A program made the translations under genes and the position numbers. Below the pieces are notes generated by a model. The model was not told the DNA's origin. It did not search any database and was given only the letters and a program-made list of their open reading frames with translations. From assembly GCA_041662745.1 (NCBI GenBank), contig JBAZRV010000005.1, forward strand, positions 1 to 32,000: a DNA stretch of 32,000 nt, in the 5' to 3' direction. This DNA comes from Patescibacteria group bacterium (lineage in GTDB: Bacteria > Patescibacteriota > Patescibacteriia > 2-01-FULL-39-33). Of the stretch, positions 1-8,228 are shown piece by piece (positions within the stretch are counted from its first letter, which is position 1; each line of letters begins with the position of its first letter).

Positions 1-10
1 CAACTCATTC

Positions 11-40
11 GCCGGCTCATCGACAGCCGGCCTTCTTTTT
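11..40 (+). terminator. Intrinsic terminator-like hairpin of an upstream gene
   Basis: GCCGGCT(11-17)/AGCCGGC(25-31) stem followed by CTTCTTTTT. Confidence 0.7.
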
Positions 41-525
41 GTTTTAGGCATAGGATCTTGGGTTAGGCAGGACGCCAATCGTCCTACATCCCAAGATACC
101 ATTTACACATAATATTTTACAGTCTCACAGGAAAAATAAAACAAATAAAAAATCCCGTTGCTCGTAGCAGCAGAATTTTTCCCCTCCCTAATGTTTTCCC
201 TTTCATTGATTTGTAAATTATGATTTATAATTAGTCTTTAAAGTAAATCACTATTAATTTCCTGGCGATCCCCTATCGGCAATTAAATCAGCATCTTGAA
301 CGATCGCCAGCAAACGAACCATAATTAAAATGCATTGTTTGATCAAACTTTTTCTTAACTGTCTGATAAAGTCCTTTATAATCAGGATTCTTGTCTACAT
401 TATTCATACGATTATAATTCTTAAACTAAGTATACCTTCTTTAACAACTATTGACAAATTTTAGCTATAGTGCTACAATGAAATGTTTAATGGGACTTTA
501 CAACTTAATAATAAGGAGAGAGAAA

Positions 526-1662
526 ATGAATAGAACTAAAGTCATAGTAGGCATCCCCTCTTTAAACGAGGAGGATTCAATTGCCAATGTTACTGATTTA
601 GTGGACCAGGGCTTAGCGTCCATCTACAACCCGAAAATCTGTTTGATAGTCAATGTTGACAGTGATAGCACCGATAGAACACAAAAAGTGTTCAATCAAA
701 CGGCGACTCGCTGTCCCAAAATACAACTGGTCAATAAAAAGATTCCGCGGGGCAAGGGTTCTAATTTGCGTTTACTCTGGGAATTGGCGCTAACAACCGA
801 AGCCGAAGCCATCATTACCGTTGATGCCGATCTCAAAACTATTGAGCCGATCTGGGTAAAAAAACTTATCGGCCCCATCCTGGAGGATCGTTGCGATTAC
901 ATTTGTCCGTTATACAGCCGTAATCGTTTCGAGGGCAGTACCACCACCCATTTAGTCGTTCCTCTGGTCTGGGCAAAATTTCAAGCACCAGTCAGGCAAC
1001 CAATCGGCGGCGAATTCGCCTTGAGTCGTAAAGTTGCCAAATATTTGCTGAAACAACAATTCCCACTTGACGCCTATCGTTATGGCATTGATGTTTTCAT
1101 GACCATGCATGCTTTAGGCGGCGGTTTCCGCGTCGGCGAAACTTATTTGGGACGAAAATTCCATAAGCCGAGTTTCCCTAAAATCATGCCGATGTTTGAA
1201 CAAGTAGCGCAGACGGCTTTGACCGTGGCTAAGAGTTACAAGTATGGTGATCGAGCGAACTATGTTAATTTGGGAGAAGCCCGGCGTTGCGGTATTGATT
1301 CTCAAGCCATCTATCCGGGTGATGACCATATTAATCGTTTAGTCGGCCAAGCCAAAAACAACTACTGGAACCATCAGAAGTCTTTGGCAAAATTTCTCGG
1401 CCCACTAACACCACGAATCAATGATTTAATGTCTAACGATAAACCCGAGATATCTATCGCCGATTGGCTGGGTATTCTGCAATCATTCTATCAACAGCAT
1501 GACCTACAAAATAACCAAGCCGAAAATGAACAGAAGGCCGGCTGGCTGTTGGCACAACTATTCATCTGCCATGTCCGTTCTTTCTGGCAGTTAATCAAAG
1601 AACTGCCCGTAGAACAAGTGGAGGAGCTTATCGTATCACAAACAATGGGGCTAAGGTTGTAG
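526..1662 (+). CDS. GT-A fold glycosyltransferase, family 2-like / mannosylglycerate-synthase-like
   Basis: ORF 451..1662; likely start is ATG 526 (MNRTKVIVGIPSLNEEDS) behind AAGGAG. IPSLNEE...VNVDSDSTD...VDADLKTI match GT2-like motifs. Confidence 0.8.
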   Translation: MNRTKVIVGIPSLNEEDSIANVTDLVDQGLASIYNPKICLIVNVDSDSTDRTQKVFNQTATRCPKIQLVNKKIPRGKGSNLRLLWELALTTEAEAIITVDADLKTIEPIWVKKLIGPILEDRCDYICPLYSRNRFEGSTTTHLVVPLVWAKFQAPVRQPIGGEFALSRKVAKYLLKQQFPLDAYRYGIDVFMTMHALGGGFRVGETYLGRKFHKPSFPKIMPMFEQVAQTALTVAKSYKYGDRANYVNLGEARRCGIDSQAIYPGDDHINRLVGQAKNNYWNHQKSLAKFLGPLTPRINDLMSNDKPEISIADWLGILQSFYQQHDLQNNQAENEQKAGWLLAQLFICHVRSFWQLIKELPVEQVEELIVSQTMGLRL

Positions 1663-1677
1663 CCAAGGAGATGACTT

Positions 1678-2553
1678 ATGCTTTATACCGCCTTATTAGG
1701 ACATCCGGTGGACCACAGCGTCTCACCGATTCTATTTCAGGCCATAGCTAATAGTGTTGGACTGGAATACTCTCATCTCAAAATCGACGTATCCAGGGCC
1801 GAGGATTTGGCTGACTGTCTGAAAGCCATGTCACGACTAAATTTCAACGGAGCTAACGTCACCCTGCCTTACAAATTGGCGATCATGCCTCACTGTTCAG
1901 AAGTTGATCCGTTAGCCCAAAAAATCGGCGCCGTAAATTCCCTAGTGTTTAACGGGGATAAAGTTTCCGGTTTCAATACGGATATACGCGGAGCGGAAAT
2001 GGCGATTAAAACGCAACTCAAAGCAGTCGGCCAGACGGATAAAGTCCTGATCATCGGCGCCGGCGGAGTGGCTCGAGCCATAGCTTATGCTTTGGCCGAC
2101 TGTTGCGGCGAGATGTACGTCATCAACCAGGACAAGCGGCAAGCAGAAACAATGATTCGGGAATTATCGCTGGGGCCAAAAGCCAAGGCCAAAACCTTGA
2201 CACCATTGCGACTGCAATGGTTTCTACAACAGTGCGATGTCATTGTCAATGCTACACCGGTAGGTATGTATCCGGATATGGAAAGACGCATTGTGCCACT
2301 GCACAATATGGCGCAAGCGGCCCAAGATAGCGACTTCTCTAAAAAATGCTTTCTGGATGCGATTTTCAACCCCTATAAGACCCGTTTCTTGATGGATGCG
2401 GAGAATTTCGGCGCTAGGGTATGCTCGGGAACCTACATGATGATTTTCCAAGCCCTCGCCGCTTTTGAATTATGGACTGGCTTTAAGCCGCCCGCCAATC
2501 TAAGTGTTGACCATCTCAATACCCGTATGATACAAGCAGTCAAACTGCTCTGA
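1678..2553 (+). CDS. aroE: Shikimate dehydrogenase
   Basis: LLGHPVDHSVSPILFQA, NFNGANVTLPYK, IGAVNSLVF, GFNTDIRG and VLIIGAGGVARAIAYAL are classic AroE motifs. Confidence 0.93.
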   Translation: MLYTALLGHPVDHSVSPILFQAIANSVGLEYSHLKIDVSRAEDLADCLKAMSRLNFNGANVTLPYKLAIMPHCSEVDPLAQKIGAVNSLVFNGDKVSGFNTDIRGAEMAIKTQLKAVGQTDKVLIIGAGGVARAIAYALADCCGEMYVINQDKRQAETMIRELSLGPKAKAKTLTPLRLQWFLQQCDVIVNATPVGMYPDMERRIVPLHNMAQAAQDSDFSKKCFLDAIFNPYKTRFLMDAENFGARVCSGTYMMIFQALAAFELWTGFKPPANLSVDHLNTRMIQAVKLL

Positions 2554-2562
2554 ACCTTGACC

Positions 2563-2599
2563 AAAAAGACCGCCTCGGCACCATGCCGGACGGTCTTTT
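2563..2599 (+). terminator. Intrinsic terminator after aroE
   Basis: AAAGACCG...CGGTCTTTT inverted repeat directly after the aroE stop. Confidence 0.7.
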
Positions 2600-2610
2600 A
2601 TAATATTAAC

Positions 2611-3135
2611 TTAGCTATTTGACATTTCCAGTTGTTTTTTTAAATCCAGCCAGACCGGCTCATTGCCGATTTCCTCTTGGGTTAAGGTTAGAAAATATTC
2701 CACCTTGCCCCAGAGTGATTGTTGCTTATCCGCCGAAGCTAAACCGTAGTAACAGCTATTATTTAACAGATCGGCGGCTTTGACTAACAATGCTTCCCGA
2801 CCGCAAGTCTTGGCGCGATCAAACATTTCCTGATAATTTTTCTGCGGATCATCAATTTTCGGATCAAACGACACGGCACCGACAATCTCAGCAATTCTTT
2901 CACCAAACTCGCTTTTGATCCGCTCTAAGCTAACACCGGCATCCTCCAACAAGTCATGTAGAATTGCCGCGGCTGCTGTCTCATAAGAACAACCCGCTTC
3001 TAGGAGATAAATCGCCATTCGCAGAGAATGTAAAACCACCGGCTTGGGATTGTTGCCGGTACGGCCATATTCTTCAACTAAGAATTTGACGGCTTTTTCC
3101 AGTTTAAAGGATATTTCCGGTTCAATTTTAATCAT
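2611..3135 (-). CDS. HD-domain (p)ppGpp hydrolase-like protein (SpoT/MESH1-like)
   Basis: PVVLHSLRMAIYLLEAG..AAAAILHDLLEDAGVS...LLVKAADLLNN. Start placed at internal ATG 3135 (MIKIEPE) because a terminator hairpin lies at 3188-3211 inside the longer ORF. Confidence 0.82.
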   Translation of the reverse strand: MIKIEPEISFKLEKAVKFLVEEYGRTGNNPKPVVLHSLRMAIYLLEAGCSYETAAAAILHDLLEDAGVSLERIKSEFGERIAEIVGAVSFDPKIDDPQKNYQEMFDRAKTCGREALLVKAADLLNNSCYYGLASADKQQSLWGKVEYFLTLTQEEIGNEPVWLDLKKQLEMSNS

Positions 3136-3187
3136 ATGATTATTACTGATATTGTAATACAAAAAATAAATAAAGACAAGAAAAGCG

Positions 3188-3211
3188 CCCCGAAACAAAT
3201 CGGGGCGCAAT
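3188..3211 (-). terminator. Intrinsic terminator downstream of the HPrK-like gene
   Basis: Perfect 8-bp stem GCGCCCCG/CGGGGCGC, followed on the minus strand by TTTTCTTG. Confidence 0.8.
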
Positions 3212-3218
3212 GCATTGT

Positions 3219-4169
3219 TCAATGAGTGGCGATATACTCGGCTACGCCCTGAAGCGGTCCGGAAATATGCCTGATCTCCAAGCTATTGACCAAACAGGCG
3301 ATTAATCGCCGACGAAAATCATAGAATTCCGGCTGATCAAATGACGGGATGTAGCCGAGCATCTCGTAGTTGCTTCCGCCCAGCAACGTCGTGCAGGTAT
3401 TGCGGATGTAACGCGAGAAATTCTCGTTCAGATATAACATCGTCGTCAAAGACGGCGCCGGACTGACCACGACTTTGGTCTTAGTTTCATCAACATGCAT
3501 CAAATAGGCTTTGGCAATCCGATAGGGTCGGTTATTATCCTTAAAAAACCGTTCAATGCCCAGATCTTCCGGCTTAATCTTGGTCTTACTCAACCAAGAA
3601 TCGGCCGTTTCCTGCCAGGGTATCTGAACGGCTAGATCGGGTAAATTCCGTCTAACCGACTCTTGGCGCAGAAAGAAAAATTCCGTGCCCGCTTCAACAA
3701 ATACCTGACTGCGGTGCCAACATAAGATAGCCAGATCATTGGCGCCAAGCCGATAACCGTAATCGCGGCACAGTTTCAACGCTGTCAGCGACTTGCCACT
3801 GCCTTCCTTACCCAACAATAGGATGCCGGATTGATCAGTGGGACCACAGACGCTAGCGGCATGAGCAGTCAACATGTGATTGATTTGATGCTGTCGTTCA
3901 ATCATCGCATAAGCCAAATACATCAAGGTCTCACCGTTACGGGTCAAACGCCAAGGCAGACTAATCCGGCATTGCTGAGGAGCAATATCCAAATCAGTCA
4001 TCTCAACATCCCGGTAGTGCAGTATCGGCTGATCAATCAGTTGAATCTGTTTAATCAACAACCGTGGCACGAAGCAGTTGTAACTCTCTTCAAGAAATAA
4101 CCGTTGCAATGGCCTGCTACTCTGGAAGTTAACTCCATGGTAACAAGACTCCAGAAAAAACTCATCCAT
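3219..4169 (-). CDS. HPr kinase/phosphorylase-like P-loop protein
   Basis: Walker A in GILLLGKEGSGKSLTALKLCRDYGYRLGANDLAIL, followed by basic/acidic pattern typical of HprK-related kinases. Confidence 0.6.
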   Translation of the reverse strand: MDEFFLESCYHGVNFQSSRPLQRLFLEESYNCFVPRLLIKQIQLIDQPILHYRDVEMTDLDIAPQQCRISLPWRLTRNGETLMYLAYAMIERQHQINHMLTAHAASVCGPTDQSGILLLGKEGSGKSLTALKLCRDYGYRLGANDLAILCWHRSQVFVEAGTEFFFLRQESVRRNLPDLAVQIPWQETADSWLSKTKIKPEDLGIERFFKDNNRPYRIAKAYLMHVDETKTKVVVSPAPSLTTMLYLNENFSRYIRNTCTTLLGGSNYEMLGYIPSFDQPEFYDFRRRLIACLVNSLEIRHISGPLQGVAEYIATH

Positions 4170-4186
4170 AACCTCGCTCCTTTGAG

Positions 4187-5386
4187 TCAGATAATGACTC
4201 GTGCCTCCAGGATCTCCCTCAAATAATCAACTTGCAGGAAGTTTCTGGCGACGACATCTTCAATAGTTTCACGCGCCACATCCCGGTCAACATAAATCAT
4301 CAGTTGGGCCGGAGGAATCAATGACTGGCCGTTTTTCGCCAATGAGACGACTGAGCACCGGACACCGAGCTCGTCAAAAATAGCCTTAGCCAAACGTTGA
4401 GTTAAAAAGCCCATGACCCGTCCAGTGTGATAAACCGGATTTTTACCAGCCGGAGCTTCCATCGAGTAGGGACGGAAAGTGGAAATAACGCCCAAAGGCG
4501 AATTACCTCGACCAACCAATCCTTCCTCGCCGCATTCCACACAACTGCCGATGCCCAACATATACAAACGGTAGCCATCGGGACCGGGATTAACGCGTAC
4601 TTTGGCTAGACAGGCGGAATCCGATATCATTAATTTTCTAGAGGCTACTTCAGACAACATCAGTTCCATTTCTCTGACTATCTCGTTATACTCCTGACGA
4701 TTAAGCACATCTTTAGCTAATACTGGCATACAAACAGTGATATCAATTCCATATCCGTCGCGATAAACCATGACTTTTATGTCTTGGCCAACACGATTAA
4801 AGATAAAATGCTTAAACGGCTTATCAGACCAAAAAGCATGCTCCAATTCATAGGCCAATGTTTCACAAATCGTCATCGGCCAATGAGCCACGGAAACCGA
4901 GGTATCACCAGCCATCAATTTGGTCGCTTCCGGCAAATCGCCGATATCGCGTGGCGAAAACCAGAACGGCCTGGTGGTGTGTTGGGTCGTACTGTTTATG
5001 ATCTCCAAATGTTGCGGTAGCAAATTAGGCAAATGCACCTGAAGATAATCGCTGACCGCTTGATTCTGGATCGCCGCCAAATCAATCGCTTGGCCGTCCA
5101 TAGTGTTGCTCATGCGTCCATTGACTACCACCTTGACCGGCTTCAGAAATTCACAGTGGCCAAAATCGCTTTTGAACCAACCGCCGCCAATAAAAAGCTT
5201 ATCAACATTATGATGCAAAACTACTCCAAAATTATTCAAACAATACTTGGAATACGCCACGGACACGGCTTCAGCCAGTCCGTCAGCCAAGGTGTCGGGA
5301 TGACCCAACCCTTTGCGTTCCACAATTTCAATTTCCTGATCCTCGGGATTAAGCCAATTCTTGCTAATCCTAACAAAATTCATCAT
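4187..5386 (-). CDS. mat: S-adenosylmethionine synthetase, archaeal-type
   Basis: EIEIVERKGLGHPDTLADGLAEAVS, HNVDKLFIGGG, YHTGRVMGFLTQRLAKAI and GPDGYRLYMLGIGSCVECGEEGLVGRGN resemble the archaeal MAT family rather than the MetK family. Confidence 0.88.
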   Translation of the reverse strand: MMNFVRISKNWLNPEDQEIEIVERKGLGHPDTLADGLAEAVSVAYSKYCLNNFGVVLHHNVDKLFIGGGWFKSDFGHCEFLKPVKVVVNGRMSNTMDGQAIDLAAIQNQAVSDYLQVHLPNLLPQHLEIINSTTQHTTRPFWFSPRDIGDLPEATKLMAGDTSVSVAHWPMTICETLAYELEHAFWSDKPFKHFIFNRVGQDIKVMVYRDGYGIDITVCMPVLAKDVLNRQEYNEIVREMELMLSEVASRKLMISDSACLAKVRVNPGPDGYRLYMLGIGSCVECGEEGLVGRGNSPLGVISTFRPYSMEAPAGKNPVYHTGRVMGFLTQRLAKAIFDELGVRCSVVSLAKNGQSLIPPAQLMIYVDRDVARETIEDVVARNFLQVDYLREILEARVII

Positions 5387-5513
5387 GGCTCGTACCTCCT
5401 ATGTTTATTGTTGCAGTTTGATTAATTAAATTTTAAAGTTCTTATTTAACAGATAATTATACACCCAACATACATTTTTGTCAAGAGGCTTATAAAATCA
5501 ACATGGTAAACCT

Positions 5514-5549
5514 TAAAACCCCCTGATCAAAAATTTGACCGGGGGTTTT
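5514..5549. terminator. Bidirectional terminator-like hairpin
   Basis: AAAACCCCC ... GGGGGTTTT in the gap between the mat start and the next gene end. Confidence 0.6.
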
Positions 5550-5564
5550 ATTAATTCAAAAATA

Positions 5565-5804
5565 TTATTTTTTCAACTGCGATCGCAGTAAAACAACGCT
5601 CAGAATAAAGGCGACGGCAAAAAAGATGGCGCCATAAAAACACGGAGTAAAAAACGGATTGGCCAAGGGTCCGGAGGCGGCGTAACAGCCGACGGTGCAG
5701 ACGCGTTTCTGTAACCAGAGCCACAACTCATAAAAGAAGTTGCCCCAGGCAAACACCGTACCGACCAACAAAATAATGAATTGAGAAACGACTACTTTTT
5801 TCAT
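5565..5804 (-). CDS. Small two-TM membrane protein
   Basis: 79-aa ORF with two hydrophobic segments, adjacent to and co-directional with the TspO gene. Confidence 0.6.
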   Translation of the reverse strand: MKKVVVSQFIILLVGTVFAWGNFFYELWLWLQKRVCTVGCYAASGPLANPFFTPCFYGAIFFAVAFILSVVLLRSQLKK

Positions 5805-5815
5805 ATTGTTTTATA

Positions 5816-6211
5816 TTACCTGTTTAAGTAAGTGATGGTTAATTGCAGTACGGCGGCAAACGTCACCCAGAGCAAATACGGGATCTGGATATACGACACC
5901 CAACGCGAGTAAGGATAAACGGCGACAATCGCCCAAATCAATGTGCCAAAAACCAATAGAATATCAACCGAGGCTAAAAAGTTATTTCGCAAATTGAATT
6001 GGATGGGTGTAAAAACAAAATTAAAAACCAAATTCAAAATAAAAGGCAAAACGACAATTAAGGGCAATCGCTTTTGCCAGGCCAAAATAAACACCCAGCC
6101 GAAGGAAATGGCGATCAGTGCGTAAAGGAAAGTCCAAACCGGACCGAACAGCCAAGCCGGCGGCGACCACGACGGTTTGATAAGTTGCTGATACCAATTG
6201 TAGGGGTTCAT
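5816..6211 (-). CDS. TspO/MBR family protein
   Basis: WYQQLIKPSWSPPAWLFGPVWTFLYALIAISFGWV ... NFVFTPIQFNLRNNFLASVDILLVFGTLIWAI ... IPYLLWVTFAAVLQLTI. Confidence 0.9.
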   Translation of the reverse strand: MNPYNWYQQLIKPSWSPPAWLFGPVWTFLYALIAISFGWVFILAWQKRLPLIVVLPFILNLVFNFVFTPIQFNLRNNFLASVDILLVFGTLIWAIVAVYPYSRWVSYIQIPYLLWVTFAAVLQLTITYLNR

Positions 6212-6220
6212 ATCTTTGCC

Positions 6221-6409
6221 TTATTTGTTTGTAAAGAATCTGATAATGAAATAAATCGCCGATACCACGAACAACGCCCACCAAAGCCACAACAAATCGA
6301 TAAGATAGGCATAAAAATACAACCCCAACAAAATACCCAAGGAGATTAGGCAAACCTTTATTAATGCCACCTCCCAAGGATTGAAAGTCCAATTCTTAAA
6401 AAATTTCAT
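6221..6409 (-). CDS. Small membrane protein
   Basis: 62-aa ORF with two hydrophobic helices, directly upstream of the TspO gene on the same strand. Confidence 0.5.
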   Translation of the reverse strand: MKFFKNWTFNPWEVALIKVCLISLGILLGLYFYAYLIDLLWLWWALFVVSAIYFIIRFFTNK

Positions 6410-6510
6410 AGCTTTTCAGTTAAAGTTAATACCTTACTTGAAGTATAACAAAAAAACCTAAAATTATAAACTATCAGTTTTAATCAATAATAAGATACAA
6501 AATCCCCGCT

Positions 6511-6924
6511 TCACGAGCGAGGATCAAAAAGTACTGACATTATTTTTAAACCTGCGTGATCTTGCCGATATTCATCAAGAAAAAACTTGAACCACTTGAC
6601 CGTCATGCCGACTTCCCTGGCCCAGGCCCTTATCTCGGCCTCTGTTGTTGGCAGACAACCCAAAAATTCAACCGGATCTTCTACCCCCAAAGCAAGTCTT
6701 TTCTGGCGAATCAATATGTAGAAGGCGTCTGCGTTTTCATTGTAATCCCTCTCATGCCTCGCTTGAGCTTTTTCGGCTTTGGCTCTCTTCTCTTTATCAG
6801 TCCTGGCTTCGGCTGTTAACAGGCCGCAACATGAACATTCCCGTCCATCCTGATGGGCTGACTGACCAGTGCAATCAGTATGACGGCCGGCCGAACAGGG
6901 CTTGCATCTTTTGCGTTGCTTCAT
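6511..6924 (-). CDS. Hypothetical protein with Cys/His-rich N terminus
   Basis: 137-aa ORF; CKPCSAGRHTDCTGQSAHQDGRECSCCG cluster; GGGAG ribosome-binding-like site upstream. Confidence 0.5.
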   Translation of the reverse strand: MKQRKRCKPCSAGRHTDCTGQSAHQDGRECSCCGLLTAEARTDKEKRAKAEKAQARHERDYNENADAFYILIRQKRLALGVEDPVEFLGCLPTTEAEIRAWAREVGMTVKWFKFFLDEYRQDHAGLKIMSVLFDPRS

Positions 6925-7146
6925 TTGTCTCCCCCCTTTTGGCAGTTAACCCTTATAGTTACCGTAAACAACGGTAACACTAAGTTATAATTTGGTCAAA
7001 TGCCAGACATTAAAAACGAAACTCAAACGGAATATTCGGGGCTTTGTTCAATAAGCCAGAAATTATTCCTCCTTGAGGAAATATAAAAATTTTTCAAAAA
7101 ATATCCTCATCAAAAACCAATTTGCCAAGATCCATTAATGCGATTA

Positions 7147-7431
7147 TTAATCTTTTAGATATTTGCCAGCGACACTCAAAGCAAACGAAGGCAAGATAAT
7201 AAAAACCGTGGCGAACATAAGCCTGATAAACACTTCGCTAAGCCATGAGTCGGCCTTATCCGGCCCGGAACCGGTCAAAACGACTAACATACCCACGATG
7301 CCGAAGACGATTGAGGAGTAAATAAATACCTGAGTAGCGATTTTTTGCATATTTTTTATTTTTATTGTATCACGAATATGCGCAAATCGCCACCCGTGAA
7401 GGTGGCGAACAAACTTGCAAAACAAGTCCAA
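7147..7431 (-). CDS. Small membrane protein
   Basis: 94-aa ORF with two hydrophobic stretches, co-directional with the sortase. Confidence 0.45.
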   Translation of the reverse strand: MDLFCKFVRHLHGWRFAHIRDTIKIKNMQKIATQVFIYSSIVFGIVGMLVVLTGSGPDKADSWLSEVFIRLMFATVFIILPSFALSVAGKYLKD

Positions 7432-7450
7432 AGCTCACATGATTATTAAT

Positions 7451-8149
7451 TTATTCTTTATCAGCAAATATCACCAGCCTTTTAGGGTAACTTTTGACAG
7501 ATTTATTCCAAGCCCCCTCACAAGTAATCAAATTAAGATGCGCTTTGCCATCACTTGAAATAAACACCTCCGGCACATCGGCTTTAGGATCGTAACTTCG
7601 GCTTTGACGAACTATAAAAACCGTAATTCTCCCTTTCTCGTCCTCAATATATAATCTATCGCCGGCAACCAGCTTAGACAAACCGTTAAATACGGTCGGT
7701 TTGCCGTTTTTCCAAATGCCGTAATGGCCGGTTATAATAGCATTGCCGCTATCTCCGGGACGAGGACTGAATTCAAACCAAGCGGCGTTACTTGGTCCTT
7801 TCGGCACATCAACTGCTCCTTGAGGCGTCAACCCAACTCTTTCAATAACGGTATCAACTTTGATTTTGGGAATTTTCAGGCGCACCGGTACGCCTATGCC
7901 GGTTGAATCGGCAAGTAAAGCTGTCGGCAATCTTGGCGCCATGGATTCAATTAGCTTATTCAAATCACTAAACCTGTCATCCATTATGTTTTGCCCCATT
8001 TGACTGTTAAGCTTAATGCCGGTAGCTGACGGAGTGAATTCCGCGTATGAATTCTTTATTGATAAACCCAAAAACATCATAACCGAAGATGAAATAATAG
8101 CCAAAATACTGACAACCAATAATAATTTTACATACATTTTTGAATGCAT
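7451..8149 (-). CDS. Sortase (class D/E/F-like)
   Basis: N-terminal TM, RLKIPKIKVDTVIERVGLTPQGAVDVP, GNAIITGHYG, HLNLITCEG and YPKRLVIFA. Start set at ATG 8149 (MHSKMYVKLL) behind AAGG; the 8197 start would run through a hairpin. Confidence 0.88.
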   Translation of the reverse strand: MHSKMYVKLLLVVSILAIISSSVMMFLGLSIKNSYAEFTPSATGIKLNSQMGQNIMDDRFSDLNKLIESMAPRLPTALLADSTGIGVPVRLKIPKIKVDTVIERVGLTPQGAVDVPKGPSNAAWFEFSPRPGDSGNAIITGHYGIWKNGKPTVFNGLSKLVAGDRLYIEDEKGRITVFIVRQSRSYDPKADVPEVFISSDGKAHLNLITCEGAWNKSVKSYPKRLVIFADKE

Positions 8150-8171
8150 ACCTTCGTAACAACTATAGCAT

Positions 8172-8198
8172 AATGGCCTCACCTGAGGCGAGGCCATT
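8172..8198. terminator. Hairpin between the LPNTG protein gene and the sortase gene
   Basis: AATGGCCTC(8172-8180)/GAGGCCATT(8190-8198). Confidence 0.5.
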
Positions 8199-8228
8199 GC
8201 TTAGTAAAAATAAATACTAAAATTGTAA

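Noticed and set aside
451-525. N-terminal extension of the glycosyltransferase (MTNFSYSATMKCLMGLYNLIIRREK)
   Set aside because: The conserved domain begins at MNRTKV and AAGGAG lies directly upstream of ATG 526.
2611-4169. A 4-nt overlap (3219-3222) suggesting translational coupling of the HPrK-like and HD genes
   Set aside because: The overlap exists only if the HD ORF starts at 3222. A clear terminator lies at 3188-3211 and the natural start is ATG 3135.
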